The translations under genes were made by a program, and so were the position numbers. 63,485 bases of DNA. It comes from Rhynchobatus australiae (Eukaryota). How positions within the stretch are numbered: the first letter of the stretch is position 1; every line of letters starts with the position of its first letter. The notes beneath the pieces are model-generated. The model was given only the letters and a program-made list of their open reading frames with translations. It searched no databases and was not told the origin of the DNA. Positions 25,038 through 38,112 of the stretch are shown here, piece after piece. The stretch spans positions 33,268,758 through 33,332,242 of the forward strand of contig JAUZTB010000107.1 of assembly GCA_034780895.1 (NCBI GenBank). Reading direction: 5' to 3'.

Positions 25038-27019
25038 TATTGTGAACAGCTCAAATGATTTTTATTAAAGCAGAATAAAATGCTGTTGGTCAATTGTCCA
25101 GGAGAGATTTCCAAGTTATGGGGTGGTAACCTTTTGGAGACAAAAGGATCTGTTTACCTATTGTGGTTATGGGCCGGAACCAGGTACCTGCGATCATGGG
25201 TATCAATTGGACAGAAACATTCAAAATGAGAGCTTTGTGTTTTAGAGAATCACAGTTGAGCAGTGAAGAGATCCAGGAGCCCTTCAAGCTGTGAGGTACA
25301 CTGGCCCTGCCCAAACAGATCATTAATAAGGCAGCCTTGAGAAGCAACAAGAAGACTGGAGCTCATAATCACTGGTGGATGAGAGTGACTGGTTACAGCT
25401 CTAATGGGGTGATAACAGAGAACGAGAAATTGATGGCTACTCTTCCACCACCTGAGAAAGAGACAAAGGGTATAACTTGGGGGGGGGGGGGTAAGAAAAA
25501 GAACAGCAGCTTTCTTCATAGAGGTAAGCGTGGTTATCAATGTTCAGGTAATTATAGAAATAGCAGGAGTAGAACTGCAGAGGTTGAAAAGAGGTCATCT
25601 GAAATGGGGGGGTGAAGCTTGGGTTAAAGGGTGAGCTAAAGAGAAAAATATGATACCTTCTCAGGATGAAGTAAGCAAAAAAATCGAATCAGCAGGTAAG
25701 TGTTGTCGACCAAAGTCATTGCTAACTTCTATGGTGCAATTGTAAGGCACTGAAGGCAAAGGCAACATTGCCAGGCAGATTTGTAGTGTGAGTTGGTCAT
25801 GTCAATAAAGAAAACACCTGTCGAGACATTAAGAGATCCTGAGAACTTTTCTCAAGACCCATGGGTTTGCAGTGTTAACTGATTGAGTGTCAGCCAACAA
25901 GCACTGTACAGTTGCTTACTTCACTACAGGGCAGCAAATTAAACAAACCCCACTGTACAATGGCAGTAACAAATTTGGTCAGAAGGAGTCCATGGTGAAA
26001 ACATCTGCAAAGGCAACACAATGTGGCCAAGAAAAGAGCCAGCCAATTCAAAGGAATATTAGGACAATAACTGTACCATTGTAAGAATGCACAAATAAAG
26101 CAAAACATGAAAAGCTTGGCACAGTAGTGGTGAATTGGTGTATTTGTCAGGTTTGGGGTTGGAATTGACACTTAGAAAATTATGTACTATGTTGTATCTT
26201 TATTATATGTATTCAAGGTACAAATTGTTTTACAAGATGTGAAATTAGGTGTATATAAAGTCAATTGGAGAAATGATCCAACGGGATTATCAGTATCAGG
26301 GGTGGATAACTGTAGAGAAATTGGCATTAATTTATAGAGCTGAGCTTTGAGTTGAGAGAACCACAACCTGAGTGACTATGTCAATTGAATTTAAGGATTG
26401 TATATATCTGTCTTTGTAAATAATTAGTTAAATTGTATAATTTCATTTAAAAGTGAATTGTTAATTTACAAAACAATATAACGTGTCAATAGTTGTTGTT
26501 GGTATGGGTTTTTGAGGGAAAATAGTGTGTTATGTATAGAATGTGTGCATATCTTTATAAACTATGTGTACCAGATGGTACAATTCTTGACGTATATTGG
26601 GGGCAGCCACAGCTGGCAGTTAAGTGTTGTTTCTCTTCAATGCAGTATACTTGCTTTGTGGCTTAGTTCTTTCCGTATTACTTGCCCTACTAAAATGTTG
26701 TACAAAAGAATCTACAATTACTACATTCAACTGGGACTCAAATATATACTATGGTGGTACTGGTTTCCATCATGGAAAGGGATCTCACAACCAGCATATA
26801 TGGCTGAATTCAGAGCAATGTCTCAGAACTAATGACAAAAATCAGTATTGTTTGGTCAAATTCCCTGAAATAAAAGGATATTCTCAGCCACAGTCTTATA
26901 ACCATGCCATTAATATTTCAGGCTTTAATGATGTTTGGTCTTGACAGTGGGGACATATTACATCCTTTTTAAATGCCAGCAAAATACAAAAAGGGGAGAT
27001 CACAAGTAATGCAGATAGT

Positions 27020-27130
27020 ATCGGGTTCCCCCTCAGAGGAAAGAAGACTAAGAGAAGATTTAATAGAAAACTTTTAAAAAAATTATAATTAGATTTACTA
27101 AAATGGACAGGGAGTAATTATGCATCTTCT
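27020..27130 (+). mobile_element. Small old CR1 fragment
   Basis: EERRLREDLIENF*K resembles the CR1 LE.RRLRGDLIE.FK motif. Confidence 0.5.
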
Positions 27131-30100
27131 AGAAAAATTGGATAGGTGTTTCAAGCAGAGGAATTTACCAAGCTATGGGTGAAACCAAGGCAATCAGATT
27201 AGTTTCAAATTCCATCAGTAAGATCCAAGACAGATGCAGAGGGTGTGTTGTGAAATAGATTGCTATGAATATCCATGGCTTATGTTGGTGCTCCCTAGGT
27301 GACAGTTGAGTGTGAGTCAATTGGCTACTGTAAGCCATCATGAGCCTTTCTAGACAAACAGAGTCCTGAGAGCAATGGAATGTCCTCTGCTTCCTCTGAA
27401 TAACAGATTCTAGTGAATTCCCCAAAACAAAAAAAAAAGCTGTTTCAGAGAAATACTGCCAATTCCCACAATGCTACACCTCTATCCTGAAGAGCTGAGC
27501 ATCAAAATAGCACAAGAAAAGACTATAAAAGGACTCCAGAAGTTAAGGACTTTGCAGCGGCTTTGCCAGAAGCTATCAATGCCCTTTGAAATGGCTTTCA
27601 CCTTGATATGGCCACCTGGAAATTCTGGATGGTTGTTTTATAGAGGACTTCACAGCTCTGGGCAGAAATGCATCTGGAGAAGTGTAAAATGGAATGGCAC
27701 TTTGCAGAATGTCATTAGCACACCATATATTATGAACAAAATGTATGTTTATGTTATAAATACTCATCTATAGTTAGGTGTTATTTTCCATCAGCTTTAC
27801 TTTCGGTGAAATCCTGCCAGTATTTCTGTGTGTAGGGATTCAATGAAATGCCTCCCTGCATCTGCTGTCTGGTATAGTGCCAGAAACCGGTACAAATAGT
27901 GCAGGAAACCCATCCCTTAGGATATGTATCCTTCAGAGAGAACAATACGGTTAACCTGTCAGTCTGGACTTGATTCTATTCTAGCTCAGCACCAAAGGGA
28001 CTGTCTTCCAACATAATGTGCTGTCTAATAAGTTAATAGAACTGGTTTGGATGATCATTTATCTTTGCACAATGAAGGGAAATTGTTGCTGAAAGTAAGA
28101 GATTGACTGAAAATCTCATCTGTTTGTGTTTTCTAGCAAACAACAGCTACAGCTGTCTGTATCGATCTGCTCCAATTTATTAGGTTGAATTGGTAAAGAA
28201 ACAAAGCATTGAAATTTGCATAAATTCTAGAGACATATGGAGAGAAATTAAAGATGATGCATTAAAGCACACACACATATTTACTAGCCTTTCATTGTCA
28301 ATGTATGTAAATCTATGATGAGGTCTTTCAAAAGAACACATGTTTTATCCAGCACAATTATTTAAAAGTAATAATGCCTGGCAAAACTATCTGACATTTC
28401 ATCACACTTTTAGTGCTTTACTTTTGAGAAGTTACAATGTGAACTTTTTTGTCTGAAAATAAAACATTTTATTGCTATACTGCTCACTTGCATATTATGA
28501 CATAATTGCTCTACAAATCAGAATCAGAGCCAACATCCATTTGTATTTTCCATCTGTAACATGGGAAGAAGAGGGAGAAATTCATGCAATTGCTTGGAAT
28601 TTTCCCACATTCTCAATGGAACTTGCAATAATATAGCTGTTTTGTCAAGCATTGTCTACAAACCTACTTGGAGTAACTGGAACTATGTTTATTAATAAGA
28701 TGCTACGTGCATTCACAGAACAAAACAATGTTCCTCATAATTCAAAAACCTGGTTTTCTTTGAAAGACATGATTGTTATTTATTTGGATTATATTTGTGC
28801 TTTGTTACAGTTTTAATTAGTACACTGTTCAATGCTTAGTTGTACAAAACTTGGCATGAAAGTGTGCAGGTATAATTATGTATGAATTGTAATCAAAGCC
28901 ATTAAAATATAGCATAAAAAGATCACCACAAAACTAACTTAGCTACTATGTTGTGTCAAAAACAGATTTCCCATATTTTATTCCCATGCACTTCTTGTAT
29001 ATAAAAATCCCAGTTTGAACTTAATTATGCATTTAACAGGAACAAATAATCATGAATTAAAGTGTGACAAATGATCATTAAACTTTACTTCAACCAAGTC
29101 ATTTCTATTACCCAAAAACTTCATGTCATACTTTTCCCGTAATTCCAGATTTATATGTTTTTGGTCACTATGGGCAACCCAAATTGACAGAGTGGTGCAG
29201 AACTGATAGGCAAAGGTGATATAAGCTCTAGGTTAGTTTCCAGTGATATTTTAGTTTGGAAGTAAAGTTTCCATGAGCATTGCTGCTGAATTAAATGCAC
29301 GGAGGGAATGCCTCTGTTCATACACCTTTGTGTGACAAAACAATGACCGGATTCATTAAGTTTCAGTAAGGCTTTAACTTAAAGGAAGTAGGCTGCTAAA
29401 TGGATTTCTGAACCCTACCATAGAGAATCAACTAGTCAACACTCATTTTATGCAGTCTCCTAAGTTGCTGGTATGAAATACTCTCATTACCAGCTTGAAG
29501 TGTGCCACCTACTATTTTGGTAAAGATCAAAATAATCAAAGTGAATCAGCTACACCTGAACCAGACATCATTTCCTTTGAACAAACAAATGTTTGTTGAG
29601 GGCCCATTTGGTAAACTGGTTGTCCCTGAGCCAAGCTGAACTGATCAAATCTACTCAAAGTGCACCCTAACAAGCAGTCCTTAAAGTAACAACTGCAGGT
29701 TACAACCAAAAGGTAAAATTTTAAGTATATTCCTCTGAATCTCAATCCTGTTCCCCGCAGTCCACAGTCAAAGGATGTAAATCACCATCGTTACCCACTC
29801 TCAGCCATCACTACCACCATATTCTGCCATCACTTCCACAGCTATGCAGTCTCTACCATTATTACTCCCAAGCCACCACTTACTGTTACTTGTTAGATTG
29901 CTCCCCTTTCCAGTTCCTCCAGTGAAAAGAAGAAATAGACCTGATAGTGGCCCATAATTTCATGAGCATTCTAGAGGACGGACAACACCCATAACAAAGG
30001 GCAACAAAGAGCTCATCCAAGAGGCAGGCTTGAATACAACTGAGTCCCTGTGGGTTTTTGCTGGGTTCCTCTGTATTGCTACTGAAGGCACAGCAGGATG

Positions 30101-30290
30101 CACAAGGACATTTTGCAGACACAAAATGGAAATATTGACTTTATATTTTTCCTGAATTGTTTTTAATTTGTATCCAGATTAAGCTTTTCATGTTTTAAAA
30201 CATTAAAACCTCTATTTGTAAAAGAACTCTATTGAAGTACCTCAACAAAATATGAATTTTAGCCACAGATACTATTGAACAGGCTACATA

Positions 30291-30359
30291 CACTGAAAAT
30301 TGTAGGCACCTGAGGAGAATCAACAAATGACTCTCCTCAGGTGCCTATAATTTTCAGTG
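30291..30359. mobile_element. 69-bp hairpin MITE, probably Tc1/mariner-derived, flanked by TA
   Basis: 32-bp inverted arms (30291-30322 and 30328-30359) with 2 mismatches and a 5-nt loop acaaa; TA at 30289-30290 and 30360-30361; termini CACTG...CAGTG. Confidence 0.75.
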
Positions 30360-30674
30360 TACATGCTGTTATCATTGAGACAAACCTCAGTAACCTCCAC
30401 AAGTCAAAAGCAAGATAAAATTCATCATTCTCTTTCACTACACATGATCTTGTGGGTCTTCATCCCCTGCTGGACTCATACAAACTGGTTGTACTAAAAG
30501 TCAGCAAGTAGCAGCTGGCACTGCAACATGATAAATTAGGGTTTATACTGAGAGCACATCAGGATAGAAGTTGGTCCTCAATCGCTTGCACTAAATGCAT
30601 GACAGAATGGCAGCTGTACAGTATGTTCTTCATCCAAGTTCCATTTACCCAGTGGAACTTTCTTATTTTACTTG

Positions 30675-31863
30675 TTTTCAGGGTCTAAGTGTTGGTAGCA
30701 AGGCCAGCATTTATTGCCTATGCAAAGCTAGCGAGGAGCTGCCTTCTTGAACTGTTGTAGCCCTTATTATCAAGGTGCTTCCACAGTGCTATTGGAGAGG
30801 GAGTTCCAGGATTTAGACCCGATGACAATAAAGGTCCTGCTGTATATCTCCAAGTCCAGATGATGTGTGACTTGGAGGGAAACCTGCAGGTTGTGGTGTT
30901 CCCATGCANNNNNNNNNNNNNNNNNNNNNNNNNNNNNNNNNNNNNNNNNNNNNNNNNNNNNNNNNNNNNNNNNNNNNNNNNNNNNNNNNNNNNNNNNNNN
31001 NNNNNNNNTGGGAAACCTGCAGGGTGTGGTGTTCCCATGCATGTTCGGCCCTTGTCCTTATTGGTGAAATAGGTCACAGGTTTGGAAGGTGCTGCCAGAG
31101 AAGCCTGGGTGAGTAACTGCAGTACATTTTGTAGATGGAACTCACGACAAACTCTGTCTGCAGGTGGTGGAGGGAATTATTGTTTCAGTTGGAGAAATGA
31201 GTGCCAATCAATTATTCTTGTTGATGCTGAGCTTCTTAGGAATGCACTCATCTAGGCCAGTGGAGAGTATTCCATCACACTGCTGACTTATTCCCTGTAG
31301 CTGTTATAAAGGCCTTGGGGTGAGACATTAATTGCAGGATATCCAGCCTAATATCTGAGCTTGTAGCCCCATTATTTATGTGGCTTGTCCAGTTGCGTTT
31401 CTGTTAAACAGTGACCCCAGGATATTGATGTTAGAGGTCTTTGTAATGGTAATGTCATTGAACGTCAAGAATAGGTGGCCAGACTCTCTCTTGGAAATGT
31501 CACTCTTGTGGCACAGAGGTTATTTGTCATTTATCAACCTGTGCCTATATATTGTATAGGTTTGCTGCATACAAGCCTGGGCTGCTTCTATTGCTGAGGA
31601 GTTTCAAATAAAGAAAACATTATGCAATCATTAGTAAACCTACCCATTTCTGACCTTATGATAGAAGGAAGGTCACCAATGAAGCAGCTGATTGGATGGC
31701 CATAGGACACTGCCCCAAGGAACATCTGCAGTGATATCCTGAGAATGAGATGATTGACCTCCAGTGACCACAACCAGTGGAGGGTGTTCCTCTGATGTCC
31801 ATTGACTTTACTTTTACAAGGGCACCTTGATGCCGCACTTGGTCAAATGATATCTTGATGTTA
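30675..31863 (-). mobile_element. Second CR1-like LINE family ('family B'), RT to 3' end
   Basis: Minus strand: FDQVRHQGALVKVKSMDIRG, ISCFIGDLPSIIRSEMGRFTND, WEHHNLQVSLQVTHHLDLEIYSRTFIVIGSKSWNSL; tail ggcaataaatgctggccttgctaccaacac. Confidence 0.88.
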
Positions 31864-31966
31864 ACCCACTACCATGGTGCACGTTAGCTTCTACCAAAGA
31901 TCAATTACCACCATCTACCGTCAATCTGAAAAGTAGAAACAAAGGACAAAAGAACTGCATGTCACA

Positions 31967-32335
31967 GTGTGGCTACAGAACATTCTCAAGGGGAAGGTTA
32001 AGCAGCAAGAAGTCATTGTGCATGTTGGCACAAATAGCATAGGTAGGGAAAGTGATGATGTCCTGTGGAGTGAATATAGGGAGCTTGGGAAGAAGTTAAA
32101 AAGCAGGACCTTGAGGGTAGTAATCTCTGGATTACTTCCAGTGCCACGTGCTAGTGGGGGCAAGAATAGGACGATATGGCAAATGAATGCATGGCTGAAA
32201 AATTGGTGTAGGGGGCAGGGATTCAGATTTTTGGATCATTGGGATCTCTCTTGGGGCAGAGGTGACCTGCACAAGAGCGACAGGTTACACCCAAACTGGA
32301 GGGGGGACCAATATTCTGGCGGGCAGATTTGCTAG
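31967..32335 (+). pseudogene. CR1 ORF1 SGNH/GDSL esterase domain
   Basis: VIVHVGTNSIG (GxND block), VVISGLLPVPR, NAWLKNWCRGQGFRFLDHW, DRLHPN (DxxH block). Confidence 0.9.
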
Positions 32336-32489
32336 TGCTGCTTGGGTGGGCTTAACCTAGATTAGCAGGGATGTAGGATCCCGAGCATCAGGGAGGCAAA
32401 TGAGAGGCTGGAAAATGATGCAGAAGTCAGTGACAGCAAGTTGAATAGGCATGACAAGCAGGACTATGGCCAGGCATGAGGAAAGCCTA

Positions 32490-35190
32490 TTGGATTAAAT
32501 TGCATTTATTCCAGTGCAAGAGGTCTGACTGGTCAGGCAGATGAATTTAGGGCTTGGATATCTCTTTGGGACTGGGATATTATAGCCATTACAGAAACAT
32601 GGCTAAAGAAGGGACAGGACTGGCAGCTCAAAGTTCTGGGATACAGTGTTTTAGGTGGGATAGAGGCAGAGGAAAGAGAGGAGGGGGAGTTGCGTTTTTG
32701 ATTAAGGGGAATGTCACAGTAGTAGTCAGAGATGAAATTACTGAAGGACCAGCCAGTGAGGTTTTATGGGTGGAGCTGAGAAATAAGAAGGGGATGATCA
32801 CAATGTTGGGGTTATATTATAGGCCCCCAAATAGTCAACGGGAATTAAAAGAACAAGTATGCAGGGAGATTGTGCAGAGTTGTAAGATTAATAGGGTTGT
32901 CATAGTAGGGGATTTTAACTTTCCTAACANNNNNNNNNNNNNNNNNNNNNNNNNNGCTCAGATGGGGTGGAATTTGTTGAGTGTGGTCAGGAAAGTTAAA
33001 GAAACTATAGAGGGCCCTACTAGGTAGAGGGCAAAGCTTGACCTACTCTGGGGTAATAGGGCAGGGCAAGTGACTGTGGTGACAGAGAGGGAGTACTTTG
33101 GGACCAGTGACTATAGTTCTATTAATTTTAAAATAGTTACAGAAAGGGAGGTTCAAGTCCTAAATTGGGGCAAGGTGAAATTTGGCAGTGAGACAGGAGC
33201 TTGCAAAGGTTGATTAGAGCAGGTTATTTGCAGGCAAAGGGACCACAGGACCAAAGGGTGAGATAGTGAGAGCTCAAGGTCTGCACGTTCCTGTCAGTGT
33301 GAGGGACAAGGCTGGTTGGAGTAGGGAAGCCTGGATGATGAGATGTATTGAGACCCTGGCCAGAAAAAAGAAAGAGGCATGGATCAGGTACAGGCAGCTG
33401 GGATCGTGAATTCCCAGAGGAGTATAAGGGATGCAGAAGTGTACTCAAGAAGGAAATTAGGAGGGCAAGAAGGGGGCATGAGATACCTTTGGCAGAGAAG
33501 ATTGAGGAAAATCCAAAGAGATTTTATAAGTATATTAAGGTAAAAAGAGTAACTAAAGAGAGAATAGGGCCCCTCAAAGACCAAAGGGAACACCATTGTG
33601 TGGAGCCACAGGAGATGGGCAAGGTCCTTAATGAATATTTCTCCTCTGTTTTTACAGAAGACTTAGGAACTAGGAAAAGTAAATGGGGAAGTCTTGGGAA
33701 TGGTCCGCATTACAGTAGAGGAGGTGCTGGATGTCTTAAAAGCTATGAAGGTAGATAAATCTCCAGGTACCTGACCAGGTATATCCAAGAACATCATGGG
33801 AGGCTGGAGAAGAAATTGCGGGAGCCTTGACTGAGTTATTTGCATCATCTTTAGCTGCAGATGAGGTGCGGGTAGACTGGAGGGAAGCAAATGTTGTGCC
33901 TTTATTTAAGAAGGGCAGCAAAGAAACCCCTGGGAACTATAGGCCAGTAAGTCTAACATCTGTAGTAGGTAAGTTACTGAAGAGGATTCTGAGAGATAAG
34001 ATACACGTACATCTGGAAAGGCAGGGGTTGATTATGGGTAGTCAGCATGGCTTTGTGCATGGAAGATATCCCTTACGAACTTGATTGAGTCTTTTGATGA
34101 GATGACCAAGAAAGCTGATGAAGGTAGGGCAGTAGACATGGTTTATATGGATTTCAGTAGGCCTTTGACAAGGTTCCACATGGTAGGCTGTTCTGGCAGG
34201 TTAGATCAGATGGAATCCAGGGAGACCTGGCTAATTGGATACACAATTGGTTTGATGGTAGAAAACAGAGGGTGATAGAAGGTTGTTTCTTGGACTGGAG
34301 GCCCATGACTAGTGGTGTGCCACGGGGTCAGTTCTGGGCCCATTGTTGTATATCAACAATTTGGATTAGAACGTAAAAGGGATGGTTAGCAAGTTTGCAG
34401 AAGACACTAAAATAGGTAGTATAGTGGACAATGACAAAGGTTATCAAAATTTTCAGTGGGATCTTGATCAGTTGAGTAAGTAGGCCAAGTAATGACAAAT
34501 GGAGTTTAATTCGGATAAGTGTGAGTTTTGCATTTTGGAAAGTCAATTCCAGGTAGGGCTTCCACAGTGAATGGCGGGGCCCTGGGAAGTGTTATGGAAC
34601 TGAGGGGCCTTGGAGTACAGGTACATGGTTCATTGAAAGTGGAGTCACAGGTAGACAGGGTGGCGAAGAAGACTTTTGGCATGCTGGCCTTCATAAGTCA
34701 GGGCATTGAGTATGAAAGTTGGGAGGTCATGGTGTGGTTGTACAGGACACTGGTGAGGCAGTACTTGGAGGATTGTGTTCACTTTTGGTCACCCTGCTGT
34801 AGGAAAGATATTACTAAACTGGAAAGAGTGCGGAAAAGATTTACAAGGATGCTGCCAGAACTTGAGGGACTGAGCTACAGGGTGAGGTTGGACAGGCTAG
34901 GACTTTATTCCTTAGAGTGTAGGAAACTGAGGGGTGATCTTATAGAGGTGTATAAAATTATGAGGGCATAGATAAGATGAATGCACTCAGTCTTTTTCCC
35001 AGGGCTGAGGAATCAAGAACTAGAAGGCATAAGGTGAAAGGAGAAAGATTTAAGAGGAACATGAGGGGCAACTTTTTTACACAGGGGGAATGTGGAACCA
35101 GAGGAAGTGGCTGAGGCAGGTACAATAACAACTTTTAAAAGACAGTTAGACAAGTACATGGATTGGAAAGGTTTAGAAGGTTATGGGCCA
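32490..35190 (+). pseudogene. CR1 ORF2 (APE endonuclease and reverse transcriptase), disrupted
   Basis: The ORF-track fragments 32554-33027, 33348-33758, 33827-34084, 34081-34275 and 34528-34971 are consecutive frameshifted pieces of one ORF2. Confidence 0.93.
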
Positions 35191-35689
35191 AATTCTGGCA
35201 AATAAGACTAACTTGAATGGAGCATCTGGGTCAGCATGAACCAGTTGAACCAAAAGGCCTGTTTCTGTGCTTGTATGACTCTATGTTCTGACTGCAATTT
35301 TTTGGGCACAAAATCATCCCATTTGTTCAACAATTGGAAGGGCCATTCACAATCCTTTTCCTTCACATGTCCACATATCCCCTTCCTCCTGCTTTTCCAT
35401 GCACCTCACAGGCTCCCTTACTCATTCACCCCCACCAGTGTTACTTAATGCAATCAGATGGTAGCAGGTTAGTTGTTGATAGATTTCTACTGAAAGTTTC
35501 AATGATTGTACAAGGGTTTGGTGCATTTAAGCATCCTTCAGGTTGTGTCAGGTGCAAAATGATTTCTTTCTGACTTCTGCATGTACACTTCTGCACAAGC
35601 CAATTACTCCCCACCCCAGCATGTTTGCATTAGTAAACATAGGAGTAAGACTCTTGGAGAAGGATTTTCAGCAAAAGACTGTTTTCTCT

Positions 35690-35935
35690 TGTTTGCAAGA
35701 TGTGGATGTTGCTGGCAAACCCTGCCCTCATTATCCATCGAGCTACAAAGTCCAATACCTTATTGTTGGCTTGGAGTCACTTACTTTAGGATCCAGACCA
35801 AAAAAGACTTCAATTTTCCTTCCCTGAGGATATTAGGCAACATGATGAACCTTTACAACAATCTAGCAATTTCATGGTCACTACTACTCCCATGAATGGC
35901 CACGAATGAATTTTAGATATGAGTTTAAATTGATA
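35690..35935 (-). mobile_element. Degenerate SINE, same family as 53600-53932
   Basis: Reverse complement shows gtgaccatgaaattgctagattgttgtaaagg...ctaatatcctcagggaaggaaaatt...tttgccagcaacatccacatc. Confidence 0.65.
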
Positions 35936-36934
35936 GGGATACCAGTTAGGTGAACAATGGGGATGTGGTGCATTGTATAATGTCTAATGCTCATGGCACA
36001 GTCGATGGCATAAGGAATGAGAAATTGCATCAGCTGCCCTTAAATACTGTCATTGAGCTTATTACAACAATGCAAACAAGGCTTGACTCTAGGCATTTCC
36101 CATGCACCTCAAAGCTGATGTGAAGCAACTATTCCAGGTTAATTTTTCATTGTATTTCCCGTGCCAATCTCTGTAATTCATTAAATTTAACTTCCCAAAC
36201 TATTTTATTCAGAAATCCCTTTAACAGGTGGTAAAATCTAATCAAAATTATAATCAATGGAGTTTGAAAGTTTATGATAGAAGTTCTAACATGTCCAATT
36301 TTGTGTAATTTGTTTGAAGCAGGATAGAAATTTGTATTAGCTTGTGCTAAAAATGCAATGGTATAGTGTCTGTGCATTGTACTCTGCTTCTAAAATTTGG
36401 TTGTACTGACTTTAAATGAACCTAGGTGGATTGCAACACACAGCCACTATTATAATGCAAGTTTAGCAAACAGGACAATGGACAAACCTTTAATCCATCA
36501 TTCTCACATTAATTCTACTACTTGGCTAATAGTTTTCCTGAGAACAGTTTACATTTGTGAAAGAATTGCATTTATGTAGAATATTTCACAAACGATGTTC
36601 CAAAACTAATTAGATAGCTTCCTTGAAACTTTGTTAATCTTATGTAGACTTCCAGTACACCTTATATAGGGTTCCAAACAGGGATAAATGTGAGAAGCCC
36701 TCTACCCTGGGACTACATGAAACAAGTTGTCTAACTCTAATTGGGCTTCACATAAATTGCTAAGTAAGATCTCTGACAAACTATTCCTGCATATTGCAAC
36801 ATATCGAATCTGAATTTGCTGGAATTTGGCAATTATCATATTGTCATGCATTAAAATATAGACCTTCAATATATTGTATTTATTAGAGAAAAGCATTCAT
36901 TGTTAAGAGTGTTTAGCAGGATTATCCAGATTTA

Positions 36935-37682
36935 ACATCTTCTAAATGGGGAGAAAATTAAGAAATCAAAGGTGCAAAGAGACTTGGGACTTGGGTGCAA
37001 AGAGACCCTCGAGTTTAGCTTGCAGGTTAAGTCAGTAAAAAAGAAGGTAAATGCAAGGTTACCATTCATTTCAAGATGACTAGAATATACGTAAAAGCAA
37101 GGATGTACTGTTGAGGCTTCATAAGGCGTTGTTCAGACTGCATCTGGAATATTGTGAGCAATTCTGGGCCCTGTATCTAAGGAAGGATGTGTTAGCCCTG
37201 AGGAGAGCCCAGAGTAGGTTCTAAAAATGATCCCAGGAATGAAAAGCTTAACATATGAGGAGCATTTAATGTCTCTGGGCCTGTACTCAATGGAGTTCAG
37301 AAGGATGAGGGGGGATTTCATTGAAACCTACCAGATACCAAAAGGCCAGGATTGAATGGACATGGAGAGGATGTTTCCATTAGTAGGATCCAAGAGCACA
37401 GCCTCAGAATAAAGGAACATCCCTTTAAAACTGGGATGAGGAGGAATTTCTTCAGCCAAAGGGCAGTGAATCTGTACAATTCATTGCCACAGAGGGCTCT
37501 GGAGGCTAAGTCGTTGGGTGTATTTAAGGCAGAGATTGATAGGTTCTTGACTGGTAAGAGGGTTAAGGGTTACATCAAGAAGGTGGGATAATGGGGATGA
37601 AAAAATCAGCCGTAATTGAATGGTGGAGCAGACTCAATGGGCTGAATGGCCTAATTCTGCACCCATATCTTATGGTCTTATA
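36935..37682 (+). mobile_element. CR1 3' portion
   Basis: HLEYCEQFWALYLRKDVLAL, FRRMRGDFIETYQI, MRRNFFSQRAVNLYNSLPQRALEAKSLGVFKAEIDRFL; tail gggctgaatggcctaattctgcacccatatcttatggtcttat. Confidence 0.93.
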
Positions 37683-37774
37683 GGCAAACAATACTGGAAA
37701 AATATGACTAAGGATCACATTTCATAATATTGCCAGGATATTGAAGTGTAAACCATTTTTAAGTGACTTGTTAA

Positions 37775-38112
37775 GGTAGATTCAGTATTAATTTATTTCC
37801 TGGCTGGGATGTCTAATTTAAGGGATCAGTCCCAAAATAAGGGACTGATCATGCAGGACAGAGTTGTGAAGACATACAGTACCTTCAGCAAGAGTGCAAT
37901 GAATCTTTGGAATTATCTTCCTCAGAGGGCTAGGAAGGTTCAGCCACTGAGTATTTTCAAGACAGAAATGAATAGTTTTTTTTGTGTATTAAGGGAATCA
38001 TTGGATATGGGATTAGTGCAGGAAAGTGACACTGAGGTAAATGATCAGCCATGATCTAGTTGAACAGTGGAGCAGACTGGAGGCCTACTGCCGCTTCTGT
38101 TTCTTATGTTCT
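37775..38112 (+). mobile_element. Older CR1 3' end
   Basis: FSKSAMNLWNYLPQRARKVQPLSIFKTEMNSF; tail ggcctactgccgcttctgtttcttatgtt. Confidence 0.85.

Larger units (their letters stand above)
31945..35290 (+). mobile_element. 5'-truncated CR1 LINE retaining the ORF1 esterase, ORF2 APE and RT, and 3' UTR (multiple stops and frameshifts)
   Basis: Continuous order: ORF1 esterase, APE (IIAITETWL...DRGRGKRGGGVAFLIK...YYRPPN...VGDFNFPN), RT (WREANVVPLFKKG...NYRPVSLTSVVGKL...QHGF...KFAEDTK...LERVRKRFTRM...RKLRGDLIEVYKIM), and tail ggcctgtttctgtgcttgtatgactctatg. Confidence 0.97.

Noticed and set aside
30878-31041. About 31-bp direct repeat on both sides of a 100-N gap (likewise atagactta around 16907-17006 and tgttaaaggattttttttgttattag around 42317-42416)
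   Set aside because: These are unmerged contig overlaps at fixed-size scaffold gaps, so an assembly artefact rather than a TSD or real duplication.
31863-31945. Back-to-back 5' junction of two CR1 families (similar at about 60855-60872)
   Set aside because: The breakpoints differ and CR1 density is high, so coincidence is sufficient.
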